The translations under genes were made by a program, and so were the position numbers. This document shows, one piece after another, positions 32,455 to 41,407 of a stretch of 64,000 nucleotides of DNA. The stretch covers positions 1-64,000 of the forward strand of contig CAVOMX010000001.1 in assembly GCA_963697165.1 (NCBI GenBank), given 5' to 3'. Every line of letters begins with the position of its first letter. Within the stretch, counting starts at the first letter, position 1. The notes below the pieces were generated by a model that was not told where the DNA came from, did no database searches, and saw only the letters and a program-made list of their open reading frames with translations. The DNA is from Candidatus Bathyarchaeota archaeon. Lineage in GTDB: Archaea > Thermoproteota > Bathyarchaeia > Bathyarchaeales > Bathyarchaeaceae.

Positions 32455-33521
32455 ATTTCAACCTCCGAGTAGTCGCCTACATGAAGTTTTAAGCATCCGT
32501 TCCTCTGGTTTCTGGTTACTTTGGCGTTTTTTCCGATCAAGCTTTCTTCCAGCCTATCGACACCAGTTATCTGTGCATTCTCTAATATTACACTGTATTC
32601 GATGGCACTATCAATAATTTTTGCTCCATTACCTATGCTTGTGTATGGACCAATGAAAGAGTTTTCTATAATGCAGCATTCTCCAATTACGCATGGTCCT
32701 CTAATGGTGGAGTTAACTACTTTTGCGTTGTCTTGAATTGTGACTCTTCCTTCAATTTTGCTTTCTTGGACTGTCCCTTTGATTTCTTGTTTTGTGTATT
32801 CATCTAGGACTTTTGCGTTAGCTGCTAGTATATCATCCTTTTTTCCAGTGTCAAGCCACCAAGTGTTCAGGGTCTCCGCTTTTACGTTGAATCCCATGTT
32901 TATCATTTCTTGTAATGCGTCTGTGATTTCAAGTTCGCCTCTCCATGAGGGCTTGATTTGGTTTATGGCTTTGAAAATGTTTTTTGAAAATATGTAGGTG
33001 CCGACTATGGCAAGATTTGATGAGTGATCTTTTGGTTTTTCTACCAATTTTATGATGTTGGCTTTTTCGTCTAGTGTTGCTACGCCAAACTTTGTAGGAT
33101 CTTCTACTGGTTTTAGGAGGATTAGGGCATCCATCTTTTCTTTTTTGAATTTTTGTACATAAGTTGATAGTCCTTGGCCTTGTAGGTTGTCACCTAGGCA
33201 CATTATGAAATCTTCTTCTCCGAGAAAGGTTTTTGCAGTTTTAACAGCGTGAGATAACCCTAATGGTTCTTGGGGAATATAGGTGACATTAAAGTTCCAG
33301 TCTTTTCCGTCTTTGATGTATTCTTTTACATAGTGTCCGGTTTCAGGAGCTATTATTATACCAATTTGGGTTATGCCAGTTTCGGCTACTTGGTCCAGAA
33401 CATAACCAAGAACAGGTTTGTTGGCTAGAGGAATAAGTTGTTTAGCTAAAGTGAAAGTTAATGGACGAAGTCTGGTTCCTCTGCCACCACTCAAAATTAA
33501 AGCTTTCACGGTTGGCACCAA
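32451..33521 (-). CDS. rfbA: Glucose-1-phosphate thymidylyltransferase (long form with LbH tail)
   Basis: LSGGRGTRLRPLT, KQLIP, LGDN, EKP, RGELEITDA, WLDTG. Confidence 0.92.
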   Translation of the reverse strand: MVPTVKALILSGGRGTRLRPLTFTLAKQLIPLANKPVLGYVLDQVAETGITQIGIIIAPETGHYVKEYIKDGKDWNFNVTYIPQEPLGLSHAVKTAKTFLGEEDFIMCLGDNLQGQGLSTYVQKFKKEKMDALILLKPVEDPTKFGVATLDEKANIIKLVEKPKDHSSNLAIVGTYIFSKNIFKAINQIKPSWRGELEITDALQEMINMGFNVKAETLNTWWLDTGKKDDILAANAKVLDEYTKQEIKGTVQESKIEGRVTIQDNAKVVNSTIRGPCVIGECCIIENSFIGPYTSIGNGAKIIDSAIEYSVILENAQITGVDRLEESLIGKNAKVTRNQRNGCLKLHVGDYSEVEI

Positions 33522-34006
33522 TAGAATATGTTATTTCTTGCGGGTTAGAATTAAAGTTTTGTTGAATTATGTATGAATTGTTAGAGGGTTTACTTTGGGT
33601 TAAGTTATTACCTCGAATCCCTACATTTTTTTGTTAGTGTTTGATATCTCAGGTTTTGGAATATTGTTCTAGTTGGAGTTTTATTTGTAGGTTAATTTGC
33701 CATACTGACAGATAAGAAGGGAGTGAATGATTTTTAGTTATTGTTATTTTATTGGTGATATAATTAAGTTGGGTTTTTTGTATTGAAGGGGGTGTCCTGG
33801 GTTTGCTTTAGCAGATTCAGGCGATGGGTTTGGAATTGTCGGTTGATGAATAAAATTGAAAAGAATCTTGCAAAGAAATAGGGGTAGATGTACGGGGTGA
33901 TGGATTTTTTTTACATTAGTCTGTGGAGGTGTAATCGGATACGGTAAATGGTTAGGGGTTGTTTTGTAGTAGTTATTGTTTTTGTATTTTTTGTTTCTTT
34001 GAGTGT

Positions 34007-34357
34007 TCAATCTGGAGTTATGTCGCAGGCTTGTTTTATGTTCGTTTCCAGCTTGCTGAATACGTTCTTTTGGGTAAAACGACTGAATAGTTGTTGACTT
34101 AATAGGGTTACTGTTCCTGATAGTATTAAGACTGCTGTTGTTGGAAGTATTGCGGTAACGTAGACATTTTTCCACCATTGGAGGGCTCCTTCATAGCGCC
34201 AAACTTCTTCTATGCTCAAGTTTTGGGTAGTGAGCATTATTTCGTTGCTTTTGAGTTCTATGATTGAGTAAATCCAGATGCTTAAGGCTGAAATAATAAG
34301 TAATAATCCAATCCATACAGTTAGATTGAGTTTTTTGTGGTTTTTTATCCTGTTCAT
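34007..34357 (-). CDS. Small two-TM hypothetical protein
   Basis: Two hydrophobic helices flanking YEGALQWW. Confidence 0.6.
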   Translation of the reverse strand: MNRIKNHKKLNLTVWIGLLLIISALSIWIYSIIELKSNEIMLTTQNLSIEEVWRYEGALQWWKNVYVTAILPTTAVLILSGTVTLLSQQLFSRFTQKNVFSKLETNIKQACDITPD

Positions 34358-34870
34358 ATGTTCTACCCCGATTTTAATTGTATTATATATTTTGACTTAA
34401 TATATCCATTATTTTTTCCTGGACATTATATCGAAATTCGAAATATGCTGTTAAAAAATACAAAACCTGAAACAGTTTTGATGGTTGCCCAATTGGATTT
34501 TTTAATTTTGGATAAAACGAAGAGTGGTTGTGAGTATAGAAGATGGGGTCTTCGTGAATTGTTTGTTTTTGAATCTGAGAATTTAATTTATTGAGACGAA
34601 TTCAGAATGGTCGTAAGGGAGTTGGATGACGTCTGATTGGTTCTGATGGTTCATACTTGTTGGAGGGATCTAAGGGATTTAATGGGTTTAGGGGCTGATT
34701 GAATTCTAGAGCTTGTGTGTTCATGGGTCTTTCACCGTATTTTAGTGTCTACTAATATTCGCGGTCATTTAGTTCCATGGATTTGGGGATATTTGTTGAT
34801 GGAGAATAAATAAAGTTAGTCACATCTAGACTGATAAACTGGTTGAATTGAAAAAGCTAAAGAACGTTTT

Positions 34871-35461
34871 TTAGTTGTGTCCACTTCTTGAAATGAATTT
34901 TGTTATGTAGCCAATTAGTTGGTGAGAAGCATTTAGTGCAGCATTTAGGTCATTGTCTGAAACCATCTTGGCGTCTATGAATAGTTTACCTTGAGAGAAA
35001 ACTGCTGAGATTATTGTTCTCCCATCCTCAGTAATCCATTTTAGAGTTACATCCTCGTTTTTCATAGAACAGCCTAGCCAACGGAGTACGCCAAACCATT
35101 TACCCTTAAGATTAGAGATAATGTTTTTGATTGGAACTTCGGGTGGTAAAAAAGTTTGTAGTAATCGTAGAGTGGTATTTTTAGAATGGGAGGATTTTGG
35201 TTTCAGTAATTTTTTGGCCTTTGATGTTAGAGTATAACCGTTTTCAACTTTCTTGAGGATTTCCTGATCTGCTAGTCTATAGAGAATTCTGGAAAGTGTT
35301 TCTTGATGAATTTTTAGTCTTCTTTTTAGTCCTTCAAATGTGAAGTTGGTTAGATCCTCTTCATTTATTACGTGTAGAAGGTTGATGTCGCCTTCTTTGA
35401 GGCTCAAGTCAGAGATGTTGTCCCAATCTTTGTCCATGATTAAATCTCTCATAAAATCCAA
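34871..35461 (-). CDS. Winged-helix domain hypothetical protein
   Basis: FTFEGLKRRLKIHQETLSRILYRL...GYTLT HTH plus a C-terminal domain. Confidence 0.7.
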   Translation of the reverse strand: MDFMRDLIMDKDWDNISDLSLKEGDINLLHVINEEDLTNFTFEGLKRRLKIHQETLSRILYRLADQEILKKVENGYTLTSKAKKLLKPKSSHSKNTTLRLLQTFLPPEVPIKNIISNLKGKWFGVLRWLGCSMKNEDVTLKWITEDGRTIISAVFSQGKLFIDAKMVSDNDLNAALNASHQLIGYITKFISRSGHN

Positions 35462-35632
35462 AACATCGGCTCCTTTTTAATCTTACCATTTAGTAATATA
35501 TCTTATGGTCATCATCACTAGTGCACTAAAAATCGGTTATTAGTTGGTCCTTTAGTCGCATGCATTTATTAACGTTTAATAAGCAACAACAGGATTTCGC
35601 CAAATTGATATTATACTTGCAACTAATACTCC

Positions 35633-36841
35633 ATGAGCATGGAGCTGATACATTTGAAATATCGCAAGATGGGTTCTTTAGAGTGGAAGGTTTCAGCTCT
35701 AGGGTTCGGTTGTATGAGGTTACCCTCTAGAAGAATCAACAAACTAAGGGCTAAAACCGAGGAGTCCATCGAGATAATCCGCTATGGAATCGACCAGGGC
35801 ATTAACTACATTGACACAGCATGGCCATATCATCTTGGCGATAGCGAAAAAATCATCGGAAAAGCCCTAAAGGATGGCTATCGAGAACGAGTACACTTGG
35901 TTACCAAGTTACCAATGTTTATGGTTCGTGACGCCAAACATTTTGACAAGTACTTAAAATCTCAGATGAAACGATTGCAAACAGACTATTTAGATGGTTA
36001 TTTATTTCATGCATTGAATGAGGGACAATTCGAAAAAGTAAAAAAGCTTGGACTAATTGATAAAATGGAAGAAGCAAAAAACGAGGGTTTTATTCGCAGC
36101 ATCGGTTTTTCTTTTCACGACACTTTACCCGTTTTCAAAGAAATAATTGACTTTTTCCCATGGGACATTACACAAATCCAGTACAATTACGTTGATACAT
36201 GCGTTCAAGCAACAACAGAGGGACTGTCCTATGCACATAGCAAAGGCATTGCGGTAGTTGTCATGGAACCCTTAAAGGGTGGAACATTAGCTAACCCTCC
36301 AAAGGAAGTTTTGAAGATAGTCCGTTCAGCAGAAGAAAGGAGATCTCCAGTTGATTGGGCTCTTCAGTTCTTGTGGAATAAGGCTGAAATCTCAGTTGTA
36401 CTTAGCGGAATGGGTTCCAAGAAGATGGTACAAGAAAATTGTGCAAGTGCTGACCGTTCTGGAGTCAATTCTTTGTCGCTCAAAGAGCAGATGATAATTC
36501 AAGAACTTTCGGAAATATATAGAAAAAGCATTGTTGTTCCCTGCACAGCATGTGGATATTGCATGCCTTGTCCTGAGGGCGTTAATATTCCTCAAAATTT
36601 TGCTTGTCTGAACAATGTTTCTCTAGAAACGAGTTTCTTTCGACGGATGCTAGCAAGAAGAGCTTACAGAAAATTACGGACCTCAAGGAAGAAAGTGGAC
36701 TTTAACAATCCTAATGGGAACGCGATAATTTGCAATAAATGTCGTAGGTGCGTGGAGAAATGCCCCCAAAAGATTGACATTCCAGAAGAACTTGAAAAAG
36801 TGAAACAAGCTTTGGAAAAGAGAAAGGCTTTGTTTTGGTAG
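35633..36841 (+). CDS. Aldo/keto reductase with C-terminal 4Fe-4S dicluster domain
   Basis: LGFGCMRLP, DTAWPYH, GFSFH, MEPLKGG, CTACGYCMPCP, CNKCRRCVEKCP. Confidence 0.93.
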   Translation: MSMELIHLKYRKMGSLEWKVSALGFGCMRLPSRRINKLRAKTEESIEIIRYGIDQGINYIDTAWPYHLGDSEKIIGKALKDGYRERVHLVTKLPMFMVRDAKHFDKYLKSQMKRLQTDYLDGYLFHALNEGQFEKVKKLGLIDKMEEAKNEGFIRSIGFSFHDTLPVFKEIIDFFPWDITQIQYNYVDTCVQATTEGLSYAHSKGIAVVVMEPLKGGTLANPPKEVLKIVRSAEERRSPVDWALQFLWNKAEISVVLSGMGSKKMVQENCASADRSGVNSLSLKEQMIIQELSEIYRKSIVVPCTACGYCMPCPEGVNIPQNFACLNNVSLETSFFRRMLARRAYRKLRTSRKKVDFNNPNGNAIICNKCRRCVEKCPQKIDIPEELEKVKQALEKRKALFW

Positions 36842-37019
36842 TTTTTAATAAGAATTGAGAAATATCGAGTGCGGGCAAGTGGTTTTTTGTTGGTTGTTTT
36901 AGGTTTATTGATGATAAAACGGTTGTATTGACATGTTCACTTAATTAGTGAATTAATAGAATAATACGAAGAGACTACTTGAGGAATTATTCTCGTTAGT
37001 TTTTGTTTTTTGGATACGA

Positions 37020-37124
37020 GTTAAATTTGAATTTGGATTTTGATGAAATTTTCAGGTTGTGAGGTGACAGTTTAAGGTTAGTTTGTTTCGGATGTTGTTG
37101 AGTCAGACTATTTTTTGGGTTCGG
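37020..37124. repeat. Dispersed non-coding repeat family B, copy 1 (copy 2 at 56911-57010)
   Basis: ...ggtgacagtttaagg...tttgtttcggatgttgttgagtcagactattttttgggttcgg versus ...ggtggcagtataagg...tttgtttctgatggtggtaagtcagactgttttttgggtttgg. Confidence 0.7.
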
Positions 37125-37208
37125 CTGCCTACCATCCTGATAAGCATGGTTTATTAAGACACAATATTTAATACTGTGTTGTGAATTCTATAATATGGCG
37201 ATCTCAGG

Positions 37209-37454
37209 TTGCAAGAGAATTTGAAAGCCCGTAGAAATCCAATTTTGCGCAAAATAATTACTATAGTTTTTCTGCCAATTTTTATCTTCATCTGGATGAC
37301 AGGTTGGATATTAATCCAAATTGAACCTCAAGCAGAACCTGCAGAAATCAGTCAGACTTTGCGAACTAATATCAGATTTGAAGCACAAAATAACGAATCC
37401 AAAGCACCCGATGAAGATTCAAGGGTAAACAATGAACCTCAAATTATTACCTAA
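37209..37454 (+). CDS. Small single-TM hypothetical protein
   Basis: One TM helix (IITIVFLPIFIFIWMTGWIL) and an acidic tail. Confidence 0.55.
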   Translation: MQENLKARRNPILRKIITIVFLPIFIFIWMTGWILIQIEPQAEPAEISQTLRTNIRFEAQNNESKAPDEDSRVNNEPQIIT

Positions 37455-37569
37455 CATTTGTGGAGAATGCACTTTCAGTTTAGCCATTTATTAGCTAGTT
37501 TTTTGTTTTGTTTTCTTAGACATATGTTTATCAAAATCAATTGCAGGAACTGTTTCTATTGCATATGCA

Positions 37570-38397
37570 TTATTTGGCGTAGGCCTCGACGAGGTCACGT
37601 GCAGTGATGATTCCCACCAGTTCACCATCTTGGGTGATAGGAAGTCGCTTTATGTGGTTCGTCGACATGGTGGCAGCTGCCCTGTGTATACTTGTTCCTG
37701 AGGGGATAGTAATAAGTGGCGATGACGATGCTTTTCCCACTTTGGTTATTAATGATTCTCCTTTAGCCAGGAAGTTTGTGAGAAGGTCACGTTCAGTGAA
37801 TATACTCATATGGGGTTTGTCTTTGCTGGTGATTATGAGGCTGCCAATCCTTTTCTCACCCATCACCTTTGCTATAGTGGCTATGGGGGTTTTCTCGTCA
37901 GCGGTTATGACCTGCTCAGTCATAAAGTCATCAACCTTAAGCTGTGTTTCGGATACATCAGGTAGACTCCGAATCAGGTCTGACGCAGTTATTATTCCAA
38001 CAAGATCTCCGCAGCTAAAGACGGCAAGCCTCCCTTTCGTTTTGGTCATCATCTGTGCTGCTTCTTTTATCTCGGCAACTGAGCATATTTTGGTGAGAGG
38101 GTATGACATAACTTCCTCAACCATCATCTCACTTGGTGTCCTTCCAAGTGCTAGAACATTGCTCAGCAAGTCTCTTTCGGTGACTATTCCCACTGGTGTA
38201 TCATAATTCTTGGCGATCAAGCTTCCTATGTGCCTTTCACCCATGATCTTAGCAACATCCTCCATTGTAGCATAGATTGTAGTGGTGACAACATCTCGGC
38301 TCATAATAGCCTCTACCAGTCGATGTTTCTTATACTCATTATATGCTCGATCAATGACACTTGGGAACTCTTTTGTCAAATCTTTGATGTTTTTCAC
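37570..38397 (-). CDS. Four-CBS-domain protein, paralogue 1
   Basis: Repeated GIVTERDL / GIITASDL / IFTERDL / GIITARDL; GTG start after a GGGGGA RBS. Confidence 0.9.
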   Translation of the reverse strand: MKNIKDLTKEFPSVIDRAYNEYKKHRLVEAIMSRDVVTTTIYATMEDVAKIMGERHIGSLIAKNYDTPVGIVTERDLLSNVLALGRTPSEMMVEEVMSYPLTKICSVAEIKEAAQMMTKTKGRLAVFSCGDLVGIITASDLIRSLPDVSETQLKVDDFMTEQVITADEKTPIATIAKVMGEKRIGSLIITSKDKPHMSIFTERDLLTNFLAKGESLITKVGKASSSPLITIPSGTSIHRAAATMSTNHIKRLPITQDGELVGIITARDLVEAYAK

Positions 38398-38898
38398 AAA
38401 ATCCCCCCAAATGTATATGTGAATAGTTAGATTAATCATTTTGGTTAATTCTTGCACTATTTTAATAAGATGAGGTACCCCCTCTGGATTTGTAATCTTT
38501 TCAAAAATTATTTCTAGTAGATTATGAAATCTTATCCCAGATGCTTTAAGTAACTACTTTTAATGTCCCTCAGTATTCTTTTACAAAATCTAATCAATAG
38601 ACTTTTGAAAAACTCTTTCACTACTCTGGAGAATTTCTAAGCAATGCGCACGAAGTTGATCTAATGGATAGAGATCATTTAGTTAACAGGAAGAAGAAAA
38701 CGAAAGGTAGGACAAAAAATTTCAGGCTCTTACATTCATGCGGTAAATCATGTGAATTGGGGAACCAATGTATCTAGTAAAATCCTAGCGACATTCCCCT
38801 CATTTTTATTCTAAAAATGTTTTCACTAATAAATTCAATCTATAAATTTCCAAATAGTATAAATTTATGGCAAATAGTATTGTAATGGGGAATCTTCT

Positions 38899-39198
38899 AT
38901 GGATGATTCACAAATTAGAGCAATGGTCTCTTATGTTGTTAAATATTTTAACAAAAAATGTCCTGAAAATTTAGAAACTATGATTCATCTGATAGGACAT
39001 GATGAGAGATATCGTAGAAGGGTGGAAGAAATAACTGAGGCCATACTTGATCACCATGATGAACTTTTTGTGGCTTGCAGTAGCGGGAAAAAAATCGAAG
39101 AATTAGCCCCAAAATATGCAGAACAATGTGAAGAAATAAGAAAGAAAATGAGAGAATTAGTCGAAAAATATATTTCCGCAGATTCAAAATCAAGTTAA
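38899..39198 (+). CDS. Hypothetical helical protein
   Basis: 99-aa ORF with ATG and an upstream GGGG RBS-like element. Confidence 0.55.
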   Translation: MDDSQIRAMVSYVVKYFNKKCPENLETMIHLIGHDERYRRRVEEITEAILDHHDELFVACSSGKKIEELAPKYAEQCEEIRKKMRELVEKYISADSKSS

Positions 39199-39489
39199 AG
39201 TCTATGAGAATTATTGCCATTTAACTTGCAGAAATGATTTTCAAACCCTTTCTTTTACTTCCTGTTTACATTCTTCGCCTATTTTTTTACTGATGAACTA
39301 AAATAACATATACAGATTGAGCGATTTGGGTCAGGGGGCTAAATTGTAAATTCTCATTCCCAAGCATTAATGTTTAACTTCTATCTTCAGATCTTTTGTT
39401 GGAGAATTTTGAATAACATCTAGGTTAATTTAATTTATCCATAAATGCATATACTTTATTTACCAATAAAAGGTTAGTAAGGAAGGGAG

Positions 39490-40362
39490 ATGAAGACTTT
39501 TACAGATTTAGGTACCCGCGATATTGTACATAAACACAATAACTGCAATATTACTCAGCACCGAGAGACAGAAGAGATTATGATCGTTAATGTTGTTACA
39601 ATAACTCCTGAGACTACACTATATGAGGCTGCCAAAATAATGGGCGAAAAACACATTGGAAGTTTGATAGTAATGAAGTATAACACAGCAGTGGGCATAA
39701 TAACTGAAAGAGATATGCTGCGCGAAGTTGTGGATAAAGGAATTGCTTTGGAGAAAGATTGGTTAGTTGGTGGAGTGAGTATAAAAGAAGTAAAAGTTGA
39801 GAAAATCATGTCCTATCCTCTTATATCGATATCCCTAAAATCAAAATTAAAAGAAGCTGCTCAAATCATGATTGAAAAGAAAATTCGGCGACTGGCAGTC
39901 ATTGAATCGGGAAAAGTTGTGGGCATTATAACTGCCTCAGATCTTATTCGACGTCTCCTGGAGAAACCCAAAACGATGCAAGTATGGTTTGAAGTTGACT
40001 ACTTTATGAGTAAAAGTGTCATAACTGCTGATGAGGAAACATCTGTAGAAGACGTAGCAAACATAATGGGTAAGAACAGTATTGGTAGTGTCATAATTAC
40101 TCGTAATGGAGAGCCTATGGGAATCTTCACTGAAAGGGATCTGCTTACCAAGTTCTTGGCAAAAGATCGGTCGTTGAAGATAGAAGTAGGAAAAGTGTGC
40201 TCATCACCTCTAATTACTGTACCTATGAGGACCAGCGTCCAAGATGTTGCTGAAATAATGATTTCAAAACATATTAAGAGGTTGCCAGTTACCAAAGATT
40301 CCAAATTAGTGGGTGTAATTTCAGCGCGTGACTTGGTTGAGGCGTATGCTCGAATAAAATAA
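39490..40362 (+). CDS. Four-CBS-domain protein, paralogue 2
   Basis: Same CBS pattern; strongly similar to 37570-38397. Confidence 0.9.
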   Translation: MKTFTDLGTRDIVHKHNNCNITQHRETEEIMIVNVVTITPETTLYEAAKIMGEKHIGSLIVMKYNTAVGIITERDMLREVVDKGIALEKDWLVGGVSIKEVKVEKIMSYPLISISLKSKLKEAAQIMIEKKIRRLAVIESGKVVGIITASDLIRRLLEKPKTMQVWFEVDYFMSKSVITADEETSVEDVANIMGKNSIGSVIITRNGEPMGIFTERDLLTKFLAKDRSLKIEVGKVCSSPLITVPMRTSVQDVAEIMISKHIKRLPVTKDSKLVGVISARDLVEAYARIK

Positions 40363-40438
40363 GCTACCTAACATTTGAATTAGTTAATAAAACGATGATT
40401 ATTCACTTAATATGTTAACCATTATTATATCAAATATG

Positions 40439-41392
40439 TTATTTTCTATATTTGCTTAGAATTTTTAAGAACTCTTCTGCCGTGGTAGATGGTTTTTGCA
40501 TATCTAACACGATTTTTTCCTTTTTTCTTTTTTGCACAGCTAATGTTCTTTTATTGGTTGCTTTAATTGATAATTCCTTTTTCAAAGTATTGAACGAAGT
40601 CAATTTCCTTAAAGCTGTAAGCCAAGCTGCTGCTTCGATATCCTCGTGAAATATCCAATCCCTGCTCACGCATATGGCTTCTTTTGGGCATACTTTTTGG
40701 CATGCTGAACAAAAGATACAGAAATCAGGATAAAGAACAGCTTTTTCGTTTTCCAATCGAATAGCACTGGTAGGGCATATATCCATACATACTACACAAT
40801 CTTTGGGACACAGAGTTTTATTCAATTCAACCTTGCCTTGAAACGGTTTTTTTACATGTAATGCGCCAAAAGGGCACATCAATTCACACCGTTTGCAGTA
40901 AATACATTTATTTTTATCAATCTCCACTTCAAGAATTTCAGGTGTTTCCCCATTTTCTGAGATTTTGGTTGTGACTTTAATGGCTTCTGTTGGGCACTCT
41001 TTTTGACAGACTAGCTCACATGTTGAATCGCACTTCTCTTTGAATAAACGTATTTCTTTAATTAACCTTGGAAAGGCTTCATTTTTTACAATTGTAGAAA
41101 TCGAATCTCCGTCAATTTCCATGCTTAAGGCATTCAGAGGACATATAACTGCACATTCTCCACATAGATTACAAGACTTTTTATCAAAATCGATTGACGG
41201 CTTTTTTACTAAATGCCCTTCAACAATCACTTCAGGAATTTCCTGAATAGCTTGCTTTGGACAAATTAAGGAACACAGACCACAACCATTACACAAGTCC
41301 TTGTTCAATGAAAGGCGATAATTTCGGGTAAGAAACTTTCTCTCAAGAGTAATATTGTCCCTATTTTGAAAACTGCGTATTTTTCCCCTCAA
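40439..41392 (-). CDS. Polyferredoxin (FwdF/FmdF-like)
   Basis: Six CxxCxxCxxxCP-type 4Fe-4S motifs. Confidence 0.85.
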   Translation of the reverse strand: MRGKIRSFQNRDNITLERKFLTRNYRLSLNKDLCNGCGLCSLICPKQAIQEIPEVIVEGHLVKKPSIDFDKKSCNLCGECAVICPLNALSMEIDGDSISTIVKNEAFPRLIKEIRLFKEKCDSTCELVCQKECPTEAIKVTTKISENGETPEILEVEIDKNKCIYCKRCELMCPFGALHVKKPFQGKVELNKTLCPKDCVVCMDICPTSAIRLENEKAVLYPDFCIFCSACQKVCPKEAICVSRDWIFHEDIEAAAWLTALRKLTSFNTLKKELSIKATNKRTLAVQKRKKEKIVLDMQKPSTTAEEFLKILSKYRK

Positions 41393-41407
41393 TTTAATTC
41401 ACCAAAA

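Noticed and set aside
33744..34178. 144-aa minus-strand ORF
   Set aside because: Low-complexity N/K/P/T composition and overlap with the more plausible membrane-protein gene
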